From an uncultured virus (IMG/VR IMGVR_UViG_3300046517_000919) (Duplodnaviria; Heunggongvirae; Uroviricota; Caudoviricetes), in the IMG/VR virus record IMGVR_UViG_3300046517_000919: a stretch of DNA of 64,000 bases; one strand, given 5' to 3'. The position numbers and the translations under genes were made by a program. Every line of letters starts with the position of its first letter. The stretch's first letter is position 1. Below are positions 36,801 to 46,368 of the stretch, piece by piece. The notes beneath the pieces were generated by a model. It made no database searches and was not told the DNA's origin. It saw only the letters and a list, made by a program, of their open reading frames with translations.

Positions 36801-39800
36801 CTGGCCGGGCTCGGGATGGACCCGTCGCAATCCACCGATCTCTCTGCTCTCCTTGCGGCGATTGGACAGCCGCTGCCAATGGGGCCGGGCGTCCATATCC
36901 CGAGGCCCCCAGAGCAGAAGGACCAGAAGCAGTCGGACTCGGGTTTCGGGGGGCTTGGCGACGCTCTCAGCAAACTTGGCCAGACCCATAAGGGAGGCGG
37001 CCTTGGGCCGGGCCAGACCGGGGCCGGGCTGGGCGCTCTGGCCAATCCGCCTGACGCCGACATCTCGGGCATGAACGTCGATATGAACCCGGCCGACTTC
37101 GCCGAATTTAGTGGCGGCGAGTTCGCCCAAGGCGGCATCGTACGACCAAGATTTCAGGATGGCGGCGTCGGCGATGGCACAAACGGCACCACCGCAGCGG
37201 TAGGCGATCCCGGTGTTGGAACGCCGGGGCCGGGCAACCCCGGGGGACTGGGGTTCGGCATCAGCGGCGCCACGAGTGGCTCGGGCTCGGCGAACGCGGG
37301 TAATGCAGTGGGGGGTCACGGGGGCGGCGCCGCCGCCAGCGGCAGTGACGGCTTCGGTGCTGGCGGCAATCCCGGCAACCAAGGCAATGTGTCGCCCGCG
37401 CAAGTGGCGCTCGATCAGCAAAGTTTAGCGCACGCCGCAGCCGTACATGCTGCGCAAAATCAGGGCGTACAGGGCCTCAACCCCGCAGTTCAGAACCCAC
37501 TTACTGTGGCAGCGCAGTTGGGCCTTGGTCACCTCGGTGCTCTAAGCAATGTGAGCCTCGCCCATCCGACGCCTCAAGTGACGGTTTCGCCGCTCGCGCC
37601 GCCGCCGTTCCATATTAACCCTGATGTGGTGACGCAGCTCAACAACCAATTTAATCCTCTGCACGATATGCGCCGGGGCCTGTTCGGCCCGCAGGCCTCT
37701 CCCTCCACTTCGCATGTCGCCACGGTCGCCAACCCGGGACAGGGGCCGCATGGGCCGAGCACGGCGGTTACCGGCGGGGCGAACAACAGCGGCGGGCCGG
37801 GGGCTGGGATAGCGGGGATTGCCGCAGCTCCCGCGTCGGTGGGGAACACGGGCGTCGCGAACAATAACTTCGGGCGCGGGTACATTCCTGCCAGCGCAGT
37901 CTCCAACCCGAACACTGGCGGTCGCGGCTTCGGCTTTGGAGGGATCGTACGACCGGGGTTTGATGATGGCGGCGTTGCTGCTGCCGCTGCGGGTGATCCT
38001 GCTGGCGGTGTTGGCGGCCTCGGCGGCGCTGGCACCGGCGGTCCATCAAGCACTGGCTCATTTGGCGGAATTAGCGGCGTTGGCGGCACTGGTGGCGGTC
38101 TTGGCGGCGCTGGTGGCTTTGGCTTTGGAAACAGCACCGGAAGCTTCGGCGGGGGCGATAGCGTTGGCATCGGCGCTCCCGCTGGTCCTGCTGGCCCCGG
38201 CGGCGCTGGCGCGGGCGGCGGCACAGGCTCTGGCAGCAGCGCGGGCGGCGACGGCGCATCAGCGTCTGGTGGCCCGGGTGCGGGAACCTCGGGCACTGGC
38301 GGCGGGAGCACAGGCAGCGTCGGCGGCGGCGGTCATGGCGGCGGGACGGCCTCTGGACCCGGCTCTCAGTATGGGGTTCTCGCCTCTGGGGCGCACACCG
38401 CGCTGGTTGCTCTCCAGCATGGATTGGCGATATCGCCCGATGTGGCGCTGCGGGCGGCGCAAGCGATACAGAACGGATTGGTGAGCCCGGCAGACGCGAA
38501 GTCACTTTCGCTCAACAACGCGATCAACCACCAGTTAACTCAGCTACGCGGGAGCGGCGGCGTGGGGCCTGCAACCACTTCGAATGTTGTCAGCAACCCA
38601 AACCAACAAGCCCAGTACAACGCTATTCAAGCTCTCCTTGGCCACCTTGGTCAGCCATCATTGCCCGGGCTTAGTGGAGAGGCGCCCGGGCTTTCGCCGG
38701 GCATGTCGATGGGGTTCCCGGCATTTAACCCTTCCCTCGGCGCGCACGGCATACAGGGCACGCCTGCCCCGGCCGGGACGCTGGGACCGGCTCATAATTT
38801 TGGCGGCACGGGTGGTGCGAACAACACAGGAGGGCTTGGGGCGGGAATCGCGGGTAATTCTACGGCTGCGCCGAGCATGGCGGTTACCGGCGGGGCGGAC
38901 AACAGCGGCGGGCCGGGCGCAGGCATCAGCGGTAACGCCACGGCGCTTGCGCCGGGGCCGGGGCCGTCCACGAGCCATACCCAAAATATGACGCTAGGGA
39001 TGCTGGCTGCGCCCGCGACAGCACAAGCATTGATGGGGCAACTTGGCCCTGCTTCGGCAGGGTTGGGCACGGTCGGGACCGGCGGAGCGAACAATTCTGG
39101 CGGCCGGGGCGCCGGGCTCATGGGTAACCAAGTCTCCGGTGGTCGCGGCTTCGGGCTCGGAGGCATCGTGCGGCCGGGTTTTTTGGAAGGGGGCGACGCA
39201 CCGGCTGACGCGCCCCCGACTGCGCCTGAAGCCGCCCCTGCGCCGCTAGACCCCAATACAGCCGACCTCTCCAAGCGGATCATCGGCGTCGAGAGCGGCG
39301 GGAAGAACCTCGTCAGCCCGGCGGGAGCGCGCGGGCCGGGCCAGATCATGCCCGGAACCTTCGCTCAGTATGCCCGACCCGGCGAGAGCATCGATAATCC
39401 GAAAGACAACATGGCGGTCCACGACCGGATCATGGCCGACTACGCGCAGCGCTGGCCCAATGATGCGGCGCGTCAAGCGACCGCCTATTTTTCCGGTCCC
39501 GGCAATGTCGCGCCTCCCGGCTCGGCAACGCCGTGGAAGCGCAACGTCAGCGACGTTAACGAAAACGTGTCGAAGTACGTCGATAGCGTCGGGGCAGGCG
39601 GCGGCAATGGCTTAGGGGGTGCCGGAACGCTGGCCTATGCTGGCGCGGACCAGAACCAGCAGCAGCGGCAGTTCCAACCGAGCGCCCTTGCCCATGCCGA
39701 CCCGGAGACGCAGATCGGCGCGGCGATGGATGACGCCGCCCGCGCGCCCGACAAGCAGCTATTGCAGTCCAATTTCAGCAACGCCTTGATGCAGGCGGGC

Positions 39801-41267
39801 TTTGCGATGATGGCGAGCCGGTCGTCACATCCCGGGGTCGCCATCGGCGAAGGCGCAATGGCTGGCATGAAGTACATGCAGGACCAGCAAACGCTCGACC
39901 GCGCGTGGAAACTGAACCAAGCCAAGATCCAAGAGCTGGGCAGCGAGTCGCGCTATCACGACGAGCAGACCTCGCTCGGGGCGGCGAACCTGACGCTGGA
40001 ATGGTACAAGGCTCAGCGCGATAACTGGAACGTCCAGTATCAGGCTTATCTGGCGAACGGCGCTCATGGCGATCCGCCGCCATATCCGCCGATGCCGCCG
40101 CTCCCCAATTTGGGCGGGGGCGGGGGCGGCTCAGCGCCTGCTTCTGTGGCGGCGCCCGCTGCGTCAACACCAGCGCCTTCGGCGGCCCAGCCGCCGGTTC
40201 CGGCTGCTTCTGGCGAGGTTGTCCAACCTCCTAAGAAGGCCGCTGAAGCTCCTCCGGTTCAGGCCCCTCCTGCTCCTGCCCCCGACACGGCGAAGCCGCC
40301 CAGCGAGGCTCCTGCGCCCGCTGATGCAGCCACGCAAAGGGAGGGGCCTGATTGGTTCAAGGCGCAGGGCATCCCAGACGATCAGAACCCGTACGAAATG
40401 TACCGCTTGGCCAAGGCATACCAAGCCGCCGCTGGCGTAAACCCAGAGAACGCCAAGACAGCGGAGGAGTATCGCAAGCGGGGTGACGCCATCTGGAACA
40501 GCGGGATGGCCGGTGGCGTCCAGATCCCGAGCGTCGCCAGAGCCAAGCAGCAGATCGAAGCGCAGACCAAGTACGGCGGCGCGATGGGTGAGACGGCAGG
40601 CAAGAACGAGGGCGAGATTCAGGCGAAAATGGATTCGCGCGCCTCGACTGACCAGAGCCTTGAGAGAATGCAGGACATCATGCTGCATTTCACTCCCGAG
40701 CGCTTCGCTGAAGACAAGGCTGGCATCACCGCAGCGTTGGTATCGATATTCGGTCAGGATGCTGTGAGCGCATCCGCACTGGATCAAGCGCAAAGCTACC
40801 AAGAGTTCAACAAGGATGCCTACAAGCTGGTTATGAACCAAGCCAAGGAGCAGGGCGGGCGGCTGCTTGCCCAAGAGATCCAAACCTTCGCGAAGGCATC
40901 GGCGCAGCCGGGACTAACGCCGGGGGCGGCGGCGGCGATCATCGCCCAGACCCGTGGCCTCCTGCATTGGCAGGACGCCCACGACAGCGCATTCCTCGAC
41001 TGGAGGGATCAGCATCCCGCTGACAATCCGGCCAAGTTTGATCGCGAATGGCTGAACCCCAAAACGCACCCCGAAAACCGGCCCAAGGCCTTTATCGATA
41101 AGGCGCGGAAGAACTTCCCCTATCAACATGACATGGACAATCTGACGAAGGAGCAGCTTGAAGACGGGCGCGCCTACATGACGACAGATCAGACGACGGG
41201 GGAGCAGAAGCCAATGCGGTGGAACGCCAAGAAGCAGCGGTTCCTCACCTATACGCCGGAAGAGTGA
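33801..41267 (+). CDS. giant internal virion (ejection) protein with lytic transglycosylase domain
   Basis: N-terminal Q/N-rich region (NPFTKSVIDAT, GAGAFGGDR); SLT motifs IIGVESGG...SPAGARGPGQIMPGT...AYFSGPGNV...YV at about 39265-39590. Confidence 0.8.
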   Translation: MGSVLAGGSNTSTTSSSPPPQVLANYQGLVNRATGVANTPYTPYPGEMVAALSDQTLQGLGGVNQYAGAAQPYLQQAGQMVQQGSQNLGQAGQMTQQAANSPVTPQAFSGSEIDKYSNPFTKSVIDATQAEFNNQNAQQAQFLNSQNIGAGAFGGDRAGISQDILANQQNLAQAPVIAGLNQSNYNQALAEFNNQQQTGLGAQEYNNSMLGQMANQYGNIGTALGTLGGQYGNVGTGIQNAGMQGSNAQVQSGMIPQAEQQAVDTSLQNVWNQGQAYPFQTTDFLGNIIEGTGTNSGGTSQSTSPGPSALGQTIGLGTAGLGALSNPAVTSGIGAAFAALPFMARGGRTPSDRENVRTVGKTFDGQDIQSYNFAGDPRTHYDSGGSVSPGQIYNLGVGKAASPAGALALLAPSSGAEAGTGKFGKGSLALTPGGTIMQATPAPSQWAPGPQSVQPEWGGGAASPANPLPAGPMQQASGPRPPLRPGPMVDPRQVAAADGGRIGRATGGTAIGGGAPQMSNWAVYPFLDTATPGAIAQGYGVPSPLSGLAQMEYSALTGGAAPGSTLPANAFTQTGNESLSPSLPNTSGAAPGTVFNPINYMDPTQNFQTAAAANSANTANDIALRGIDPASMGPNAFIGSNPPGGSHLPQNPAAAAAGPPVNLLGSGSGGGGGGGGGGGGGGGGGGSGSGGSGSHSSTSGSGSQSNSSSAPKWLGTPISSILDLEGKNYVGPTISGGWVGTPYNQLSPTQQAWADQQRSVTSQIKNMSPSEVLSKLTLMPSKAYGGRTGRQDGGGLGDLSYYTPTTGNARGATYHPPIPPLAPPPTPQPIYTPQHHAPHRAPPRAQVPLPPPRPLTPPSPMTPQPVASAPAPISLPILNPDETKDPFIHYPDASFPQPSSRQPDANPDDDPAARERGLDALKALLGGGRPGFNMGGANAGMLGQMPLAGATGYTPPGQGVTGMDSQGSPMGSGSAKAAGFDGLFGSGFQRGGRIGFAEGGLAGLGMDPSQSTDLSALLAAIGQPLPMGPGVHIPRPPEQKDQKQSDSGFGGLGDALSKLGQTHKGGGLGPGQTGAGLGALANPPDADISGMNVDMNPADFAEFSGGEFAQGGIVRPRFQDGGVGDGTNGTTAAVGDPGVGTPGPGNPGGLGFGISGATSGSGSANAGNAVGGHGGGAAASGSDGFGAGGNPGNQGNVSPAQVALDQQSLAHAAAVHAAQNQGVQGLNPAVQNPLTVAAQLGLGHLGALSNVSLAHPTPQVTVSPLAPPPFHINPDVVTQLNNQFNPLHDMRRGLFGPQASPSTSHVATVANPGQGPHGPSTAVTGGANNSGGPGAGIAGIAAAPASVGNTGVANNNFGRGYIPASAVSNPNTGGRGFGFGGIVRPGFDDGGVAAAAAGDPAGGVGGLGGAGTGGPSSTGSFGGISGVGGTGGGLGGAGGFGFGNSTGSFGGGDSVGIGAPAGPAGPGGAGAGGGTGSGSSAGGDGASASGGPGAGTSGTGGGSTGSVGGGGHGGGTASGPGSQYGVLASGAHTALVALQHGLAISPDVALRAAQAIQNGLVSPADAKSLSLNNAINHQLTQLRGSGGVGPATTSNVVSNPNQQAQYNAIQALLGHLGQPSLPGLSGEAPGLSPGMSMGFPAFNPSLGAHGIQGTPAPAGTLGPAHNFGGTGGANNTGGLGAGIAGNSTAAPSMAVTGGADNSGGPGAGISGNATALAPGPGPSTSHTQNMTLGMLAAPATAQALMGQLGPASAGLGTVGTGGANNSGGRGAGLMGNQVSGGRGFGLGGIVRPGFLEGGDAPADAPPTAPEAAPAPLDPNTADLSKRIIGVESGGKNLVSPAGARGPGQIMPGTFAQYARPGESIDNPKDNMAVHDRIMADYAQRWPNDAARQATAYFSGPGNVAPPGSATPWKRNVSDVNENVSKYVDSVGAGGGNGLGGAGTLAYAGADQNQQQRQFQPSALAHADPETQIGAAMDDAARAPDKQLLQSNFSNALMQAGFAMMASRSSHPGVAIGEGAMAGMKYMQDQQTLDRAWKLNQAKIQELGSESRYHDEQTSLGAANLTLEWYKAQRDNWNVQYQAYLANGAHGDPPPYPPMPPLPNLGGGGGGSAPASVAAPAASTPAPSAAQPPVPAASGEVVQPPKKAAEAPPVQAPPAPAPDTAKPPSEAPAPADAATQREGPDWFKAQGIPDDQNPYEMYRLAKAYQAAAGVNPENAKTAEEYRKRGDAIWNSGMAGGVQIPSVARAKQQIEAQTKYGGAMGETAGKNEGEIQAKMDSRASTDQSLERMQDIMLHFTPERFAEDKAGITAALVSIFGQDAVSASALDQAQSYQEFNKDAYKLVMNQAKEQGGRLLAQEIQTFAKASAQPGLTPGAAAAIIAQTRGLLHWQDAHDSAFLDWRDQHPADNPAKFDREWLNPKTHPENRPKAFIDKARKNFPYQHDMDNLTKEQLEDGRAYMTTDQTTGEQKPMRWNAKKQRFLTYTPEE

Positions 41268-41268
41268 C

Positions 41269-44200
41269 GTGGCCGACGATGAAGAGGGCGTGACGTTTGA
41301 GCAGGCAACGGGTCGAGCCGCGCCTGCGCCAGCCCCGGAGCAAGCGGCTCAGCCGACGACTGGTCAGGTTATCGTCCACGCACGTCCGAAGCCGAAGGCG
41401 CCGCCCGCGCCGATCCCGCCTCACGAGGCCGCGCCGCTCTCGGTCCAGCCCACTGTCGCCGCGCCCTCCGCAGAAGGGCAGCAGCCGCCCGAACCATCTA
41501 AAATTGCGCGCGAAGAAGAGGGCGTGCCGTTCGAACAGGTCGCCCCGCCACGCTACCCGGGACTGGCCACCGATATCGGCAAGGGGGCGTGGGGCGGCCT
41601 CGCGGAGGGAACCGAGGGGATCTTCGGCTTGCCGCACGATCTCCCTAATATTGCCGACTACGGCATTGATTGGGCGGCGGCCCATGCCCGCTCGGCGGTT
41701 ACCGGCGAAGACCCGCAAAGCTTGCTCAAGAGCACCCATGGTTCAGCCATGCGGGTGATCTTCGGCGACGACGCTGCTGATGCCTTGGGGAAGTTTTCTC
41801 CGCTGACCTACTGGCCGGGCGCCGCCAAGTGGAAGGCAGGCGCCAAGAGTATCGGCCTCGATCCCGATTATACACCGCAGAGCATAGGCGGGCGGTACGC
41901 CCATGAGATCGCTGCGTTCCTCCCCGGCGCGGCCTTGCCAATCGGCGAGGCGGGCCTGCTCACGCGGCTCGGGCAGTCTGTCGGCCCGGCCATTGGTTCC
42001 GAGACGCTTGGCCATGCGGTGCAGGGCACTGGGTGGGAACCGGCGGCGCGGCTCATTGGGGCCGGGGCTGGCGGCCTTGGGCAGTACGGCGCAACCGAGG
42101 CTGGGACGGCGGCGAGATCGTGGGCGGAACCGCTGACCACTTCAGGGAAATTGAACAGAGCAGCGAGGGATTTCCAACGGGGGACTGACGACCCCGATGC
42201 GGCGCTTCAGGCGATCAGGCAAGCCCGCTCGCAGACGCCGCCGGGTGGCGCGACCGGCGAGAACATCCCCGGCTCCAAGCCAACGACCCCTCAAGTCACG
42301 GGCGACTATGGTCAAGCCGACATGGAGCGCCAGCTCCAGATGGCGAACCCGGCTCAGCACGCCAAGCAGATGCAGGCGCAACGCGCCGCCCAGACGACGG
42401 CCCTCAAGGGGGTTCAGGCGACGGGGGCGCCAGAAACCGTCGCCGACCTGATCACCCAGCGCCTGCAACAGATCGACCAGAACCATGAGGCACAGGTCGA
42501 GATGGCGCGGCAACTGCACGAGGAGGGGCAGCAACTGCACGGGCAGGGGGTCGCCCAAGCGGAGGAGGCGGCGCGCGGCGCGACTGGTCAGGTCGCTCGG
42601 CAGGGCGAGCCGGAAACTCTCGGCGCGCGGGCGAGGAAGGCCATTGCCGATTCGATGGCGGCGCGAAGGGCCGAGGAGAAGAGGCTTTGGGATGCGATAG
42701 GGGCCGACAAGATCGGCGTTCGACCTCACCAGATCGGGGGTCAGGCCAGAAGGCTTCAGCGCCAAGTGGGGCGAATGCAAAAGCCGATGGAGGGCGACGA
42801 AAGGCGGATCTTCGACAATGCCTCCCAGCTCGGCAAGGACGTGACGAAGCTTTCGGACATCACTGACCTCACGTCCGATCTCAAAACGGCAATGCGCAAG
42901 GAGCGGATGACCAACGGCAAGACGCCAGCTCTCGCGCGGATGGCAGAACTTCTCAAGACGGCCGAAAACGTCATCAAGAACGCCGCCACCCGGCAGAGCG
43001 CCAAGGAGGCAGAGGAGGGTATGGGGCGCCTGCGCGCCATGACCCCGCAGGACCGCGCCAACATTATGAAGGCGCGGGCGGCGAGCAGGGCGCGCGGCGA
43101 CATCGAGCGCGGGCCAGCCGGGGCGATCACCCGGCAGGGCGCGACGGCGGATTCCTATCGTACGATGGAGTCGCAAGTCCCCGGCAAGATCTTCGCCAAG
43201 GGTCCGACCGGCTACCAGAAGGCCAAGGCCTACGCCGATGCGACCGGCAAGCCGTGGCTCGACCCGTTTACGGACATCGTCTCCGACTCGATGGCGCGGC
43301 ATGCGGCGCCGGATGGCGTGATCGATCCGGCCAAGCTCGCCAAATGGCAGCAGGATTACGGCGAAGCGCTGCGCGCCTTGCCCGACGAGGTGCGCGAGAA
43401 CTACGTCAAGGGGCCTGCCGAGGCAGCGGCGCAATTGGCGAAGGATGCAGCGGGCCGACGGACTGCGATGGTCGCTCATGGCAAGATCGATATCGTCAAG
43501 CAGATGGGCAAGACCTCGCCAGAGGCCGCCGCGCTGCGCGCCAATCCAGCGTTCAAGGCTTTCGAAGGCCTGACCAGCGCCGATGATGTCCAGAGGGCCG
43601 TCGGCGGCCTTCTCGGTCGCACGGATTCGGTCACACGGCTGCGTGAGCTACGACAGTTTCTCGCCCAGCAGCCCGATGGCGCGGCGGCGCTCGACGGGTT
43701 GAAGCGCGCCACTCTTGATCATGTCATCCAGAAGGTCATTAGCCAGACCGAGGCAGGGATGACGGGGATCAAGCAACTGAAGCCGGGAATGACGCAGAAG
43801 CTCATCGCCGATGACCGGGCGCGCCTTGAGGCGGCGGGGCTCGACCAGCGGCAGCTCGCCGCGCTTGACGGGATCGCGGCCGATATCGAGCGGCAGCAGC
43901 GGTTCTTCGCCACCAAGGCCGCCGGGCAGTCGAACACGCCGCAGGATTTGTTCAGGATGATGAAGAAGGCATCCCAGACCGAGCACGGCATCGGCTTCTG
44001 GGGTAAGCTGTTTGCGGCCCATGAGACAGGTGGCTGGCGCGCCGCAGGGCTCTATCTTGGCAGCGAAGCCGTCAACCATATGCGGAACGCTGGCCTTGAG
44101 AAGGTTGAGCAGCTTTTACAGAATGCGGTGCTGAACCCAGATCAGGCAGAGGCCTTACTGACCCACAAGGCGCCGATGATTTCCAACCGTGGGTGGCAGA

Positions 44201-44331
44201 AGCGCTTGTCTTCTTCGCTCAAACGCAACGCCATGTACGGCACGCTCGCGGCGGAGCGCCATCAGGCCTTGGATCGGCCGGGGCCTGCTGGCCGCGACGT
44301 GTACGTCAGAAAGTCCGGTGCCTTGCAATAG
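41269..44331 (+). CDS. large internal virion (ejection/DNA transfer) protein
   Basis: Ala-rich helical protein ending the virion operon; EEGV(T/P)FEQ x2; G/A-rich hydrophobic segments. Confidence 0.65.
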   Translation: MADDEEGVTFEQATGRAAPAPAPEQAAQPTTGQVIVHARPKPKAPPAPIPPHEAAPLSVQPTVAAPSAEGQQPPEPSKIAREEEGVPFEQVAPPRYPGLATDIGKGAWGGLAEGTEGIFGLPHDLPNIADYGIDWAAAHARSAVTGEDPQSLLKSTHGSAMRVIFGDDAADALGKFSPLTYWPGAAKWKAGAKSIGLDPDYTPQSIGGRYAHEIAAFLPGAALPIGEAGLLTRLGQSVGPAIGSETLGHAVQGTGWEPAARLIGAGAGGLGQYGATEAGTAARSWAEPLTTSGKLNRAARDFQRGTDDPDAALQAIRQARSQTPPGGATGENIPGSKPTTPQVTGDYGQADMERQLQMANPAQHAKQMQAQRAAQTTALKGVQATGAPETVADLITQRLQQIDQNHEAQVEMARQLHEEGQQLHGQGVAQAEEAARGATGQVARQGEPETLGARARKAIADSMAARRAEEKRLWDAIGADKIGVRPHQIGGQARRLQRQVGRMQKPMEGDERRIFDNASQLGKDVTKLSDITDLTSDLKTAMRKERMTNGKTPALARMAELLKTAENVIKNAATRQSAKEAEEGMGRLRAMTPQDRANIMKARAASRARGDIERGPAGAITRQGATADSYRTMESQVPGKIFAKGPTGYQKAKAYADATGKPWLDPFTDIVSDSMARHAAPDGVIDPAKLAKWQQDYGEALRALPDEVRENYVKGPAEAAAQLAKDAAGRRTAMVAHGKIDIVKQMGKTSPEAAALRANPAFKAFEGLTSADDVQRAVGGLLGRTDSVTRLRELRQFLAQQPDGAAALDGLKRATLDHVIQKVISQTEAGMTGIKQLKPGMTQKLIADDRARLEAAGLDQRQLAALDGIAADIERQQRFFATKAAGQSNTPQDLFRMMKKASQTEHGIGFWGKLFAAHETGGWRAAGLYLGSEAVNHMRNAGLEKVEQLLQNAVLNPDQAEALLTHKAPMISNRGWQKRLSSSLKRNAMYGTLAAERHQALDRPGPAGRDVYVRKSGALQ

Positions 44332-44656
44332 GGGCTGGGTCGAGCACCTCGACATCGATTGGCCTACCGCGCTCGTCCCATGCCTGCCACCAACGGAGCA
44401 GGGTCCGGTGCTTGAAGGCTGCGATCAGAACTAGGATTGTGAACCAGAACAGAAAGGCGAATTGCCAAGGCGGCAGGCGACCGTGCGTCACCGCGTCGAA
44501 CTGCAACGCCCCTAACACGACGAGCTGGAAGGCGCTGTACCACGCGAGCGTATAGCGCCATTGTTCGCTCTGTAAGAGGCGCCCAAAGGCCGCGAGCACG
44601 CCCCCGATGATGAGGGCGAGGCCGCAGATGCCAAGAATGGAGCCAAGCACAACCAT
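44306..44656 (-). CDS. three-TM membrane protein
   Basis: Three hydrophobic segments; coupled to the upstream ORF. Confidence 0.6.
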   Translation of the reverse strand: MVVLGSILGICGLALIIGGVLAAFGRLLQSEQWRYTLAWYSAFQLVVLGALQFDAVTHGRLPPWQFAFLFWFTILVLIAAFKHRTLLRWWQAWDERGRPIDVEVLDPAPIARHRTF

Positions 44657-44868
44657 CACGGCTCCTCGGGGAACAGGGTCTGCGACCACTTCGCGGTGAC
44701 CATCGCGCCCTCTAGCTGCTGCTTAGCGTCGTTGAGATGCCGCCACGCATCCTTCGGGCGCCCGTCGGTCATCGCCTCCTCCGCGTCGAGGAGGAGATCC
44801 TTCACCTCGCGAACGCGCTCGGCGACCTCACTGATGGCGCGCGAGTAGTTCTTCGCCGGGGTGGTCAT
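44656..44868 (-). CDS. small helical hypothetical protein
   Basis: Coupled ORF in the - strand operon. Confidence 0.55.
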   Translation of the reverse strand: MTTPAKNYSRAISEVAERVREVKDLLLDAEEAMTDGRPKDAWRHLNDAKQQLEGAMVTAKWSQTLFPEEP

Positions 44869-45028
44869 TTAGAAACCCATGGCGCCGGGATCGCCCATTT
44901 CGCCATGCGCCGCCGTTTCATACGCCCATATCTGACGAACAGGCGTTTCCGCCATGCGGCCTGTTCCTCGGGGGTGCGTTGGTAATTGCGCTGCCATGCG
45001 TTTATCCATTTTTTGGTGCCATAGATGG

Positions 45029-46183
45029 TCATCCCGTCGCCCTCTCAGCGATGTCCCGCCAGCGCTTCTCCATCGCCGAGGTCACCCGCGCGATCTCGTC
45101 ACTGGTGAGAAAGTCCATCCACTCATCGAGAAACCGCGTTCCCTTGGCCGCAGCAGCGTCGCCGTCTGCCTGAAGGCGCTCCTCCAAGGACGGCTTGCGC
45201 GCGGCGCGCGGGGCGCGCGGCGGCGGTTCGGGGGAAACGGGAGCCGCCGGGCTGGGGGGCAAAACAGCGGCTCCCGCCCCATCCGGCGTCGGTGCGCTGA
45301 CGCCAGATTCTTTGATCTCGCCCGTTACCGGGTCCACCTTGGAGATCGCCTTGAGCTTCTCTTCCAGCGTCTCGGGCGTCGGCCCTGCCGCCCGCTCTTC
45401 GGGGAAGAGCTGGTCGAGCGTGGACTCGCCGGTCTTCAGCGCCGCTCGCATGCCGCCAAGATCGACAAGGTGGTCGAGCGTAACGTCGTCGAGGTGGCTG
45501 ATCTCCAGAGCCCGCAAGACCCGCTCGGTCTGGACCCCCATCTTGTTGAAGTAGGAGATGGCGGCGTCGCGCCTCTCGACCAGCGTCTTCTGGTCGCCCT
45601 TGATGACGCTCTCGACGCTCTCTAGCGCTCGCCTCCATACTGTCTTGGGGATCGCCCCGAGGATGGCGTTGCGCCTTGCGACCGAGATCGCCGCCGCGCC
45701 AGCGATCTGGATCATGTCGGCATCGACGCTCTTTCGGCCTCGCTTCAGCTCGATGCGGCGCCGCGCGCGGGCGACGTAGCCGACATTGCTTTCCAGATCA
45801 TGGACGAGAGCCTCGGCCTCGACGTAGCGCTCGATGCGGTCCTCGTGCGTGACGCGCGCCGCGCAACGCACATTGCCCCACGCGCTCAAAACAACTTCCG
45901 CAAACCTGATGCTCGGACCTCTGATCTGCTTGCCGCCACGCGGCACGCTGTAGATGCATTCCTCCGCCATCTGCGGGTCGAAGGTGGCAAGGCTGATCAT
46001 CATGTCGCGAGCCCGAGCTGGCGAGCGCGGCCACGCATGGGCCGTGGCGATCTGCTGGTCGATCTCGGCTTTCGTCAGCGTCGCAGCGAGCGATACCGGC
46101 ACGAGCGGGTTCTCGACCTCGGGCGCCGGGGCCGGGCCAGTGAGCACCGGCATCTCTTCGTCTTGGTAGCGTTGGTCGCTCAT
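45029..46183 (-). CDS. phage protein, putative single-strand annealing partner of YqaJ
   Basis: AEIDQQIATA..WPRS...YSVPRGGKQIRGPSIRFAE...WGN...DLESN...ARRNAIL pattern; in operon with YqaJ. Confidence 0.55.
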   Translation of the reverse strand: MSDQRYQDEEMPVLTGPAPAPEVENPLVPVSLAATLTKAEIDQQIATAHAWPRSPARARDMMISLATFDPQMAEECIYSVPRGGKQIRGPSIRFAEVVLSAWGNVRCAARVTHEDRIERYVEAEALVHDLESNVGYVARARRRIELKRGRKSVDADMIQIAGAAAISVARRNAILGAIPKTVWRRALESVESVIKGDQKTLVERRDAAISYFNKMGVQTERVLRALEISHLDDVTLDHLVDLGGMRAALKTGESTLDQLFPEERAAGPTPETLEEKLKAISKVDPVTGEIKESGVSAPTPDGAGAAVLPPSPAAPVSPEPPPRAPRAARKPSLEERLQADGDAAAAKGTRFLDEWMDFLTSDEIARVTSAMEKRWRDIAERATG

Positions 46184-46368
46184 GGCTGTTGTTCTCCGGG
46201 GGTTTCAGGGACAGGGCCGTAGAGCACCTCGCGGATGCGCCGCAGGGCTTCCTCGCCGTCGCACTCGTTGAGGATGGCGTGGATGTCGGCTCTCGTTGTG
46301 TCGGGCTTCGGCTTTGGCTTACGCACAACTCTCTTCGCAATCTTCTTCTTTACGACCTTCTTAACCAT
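46180..46368 (-). CDS. small basic hypothetical protein
   Basis: GGAGG RBS; K-rich N-terminus; coupled. Confidence 0.55.
   Translation of the reverse strand: MVKKVVKKKIAKRVVRKPKPKPDTTRADIHAILNECDGEEALRRIREVLYGPVPETPGEQQP

Noticed and set aside
42142..43479. Long antisense ORFs (also 7727..8668, 22210..23163, 36495..37421, 48054..49142, 49407..50423)
   Set aside because: Shadow ORFs expected opposite GC3-rich genes; no motifs and fully overlapped by well-supported genes.
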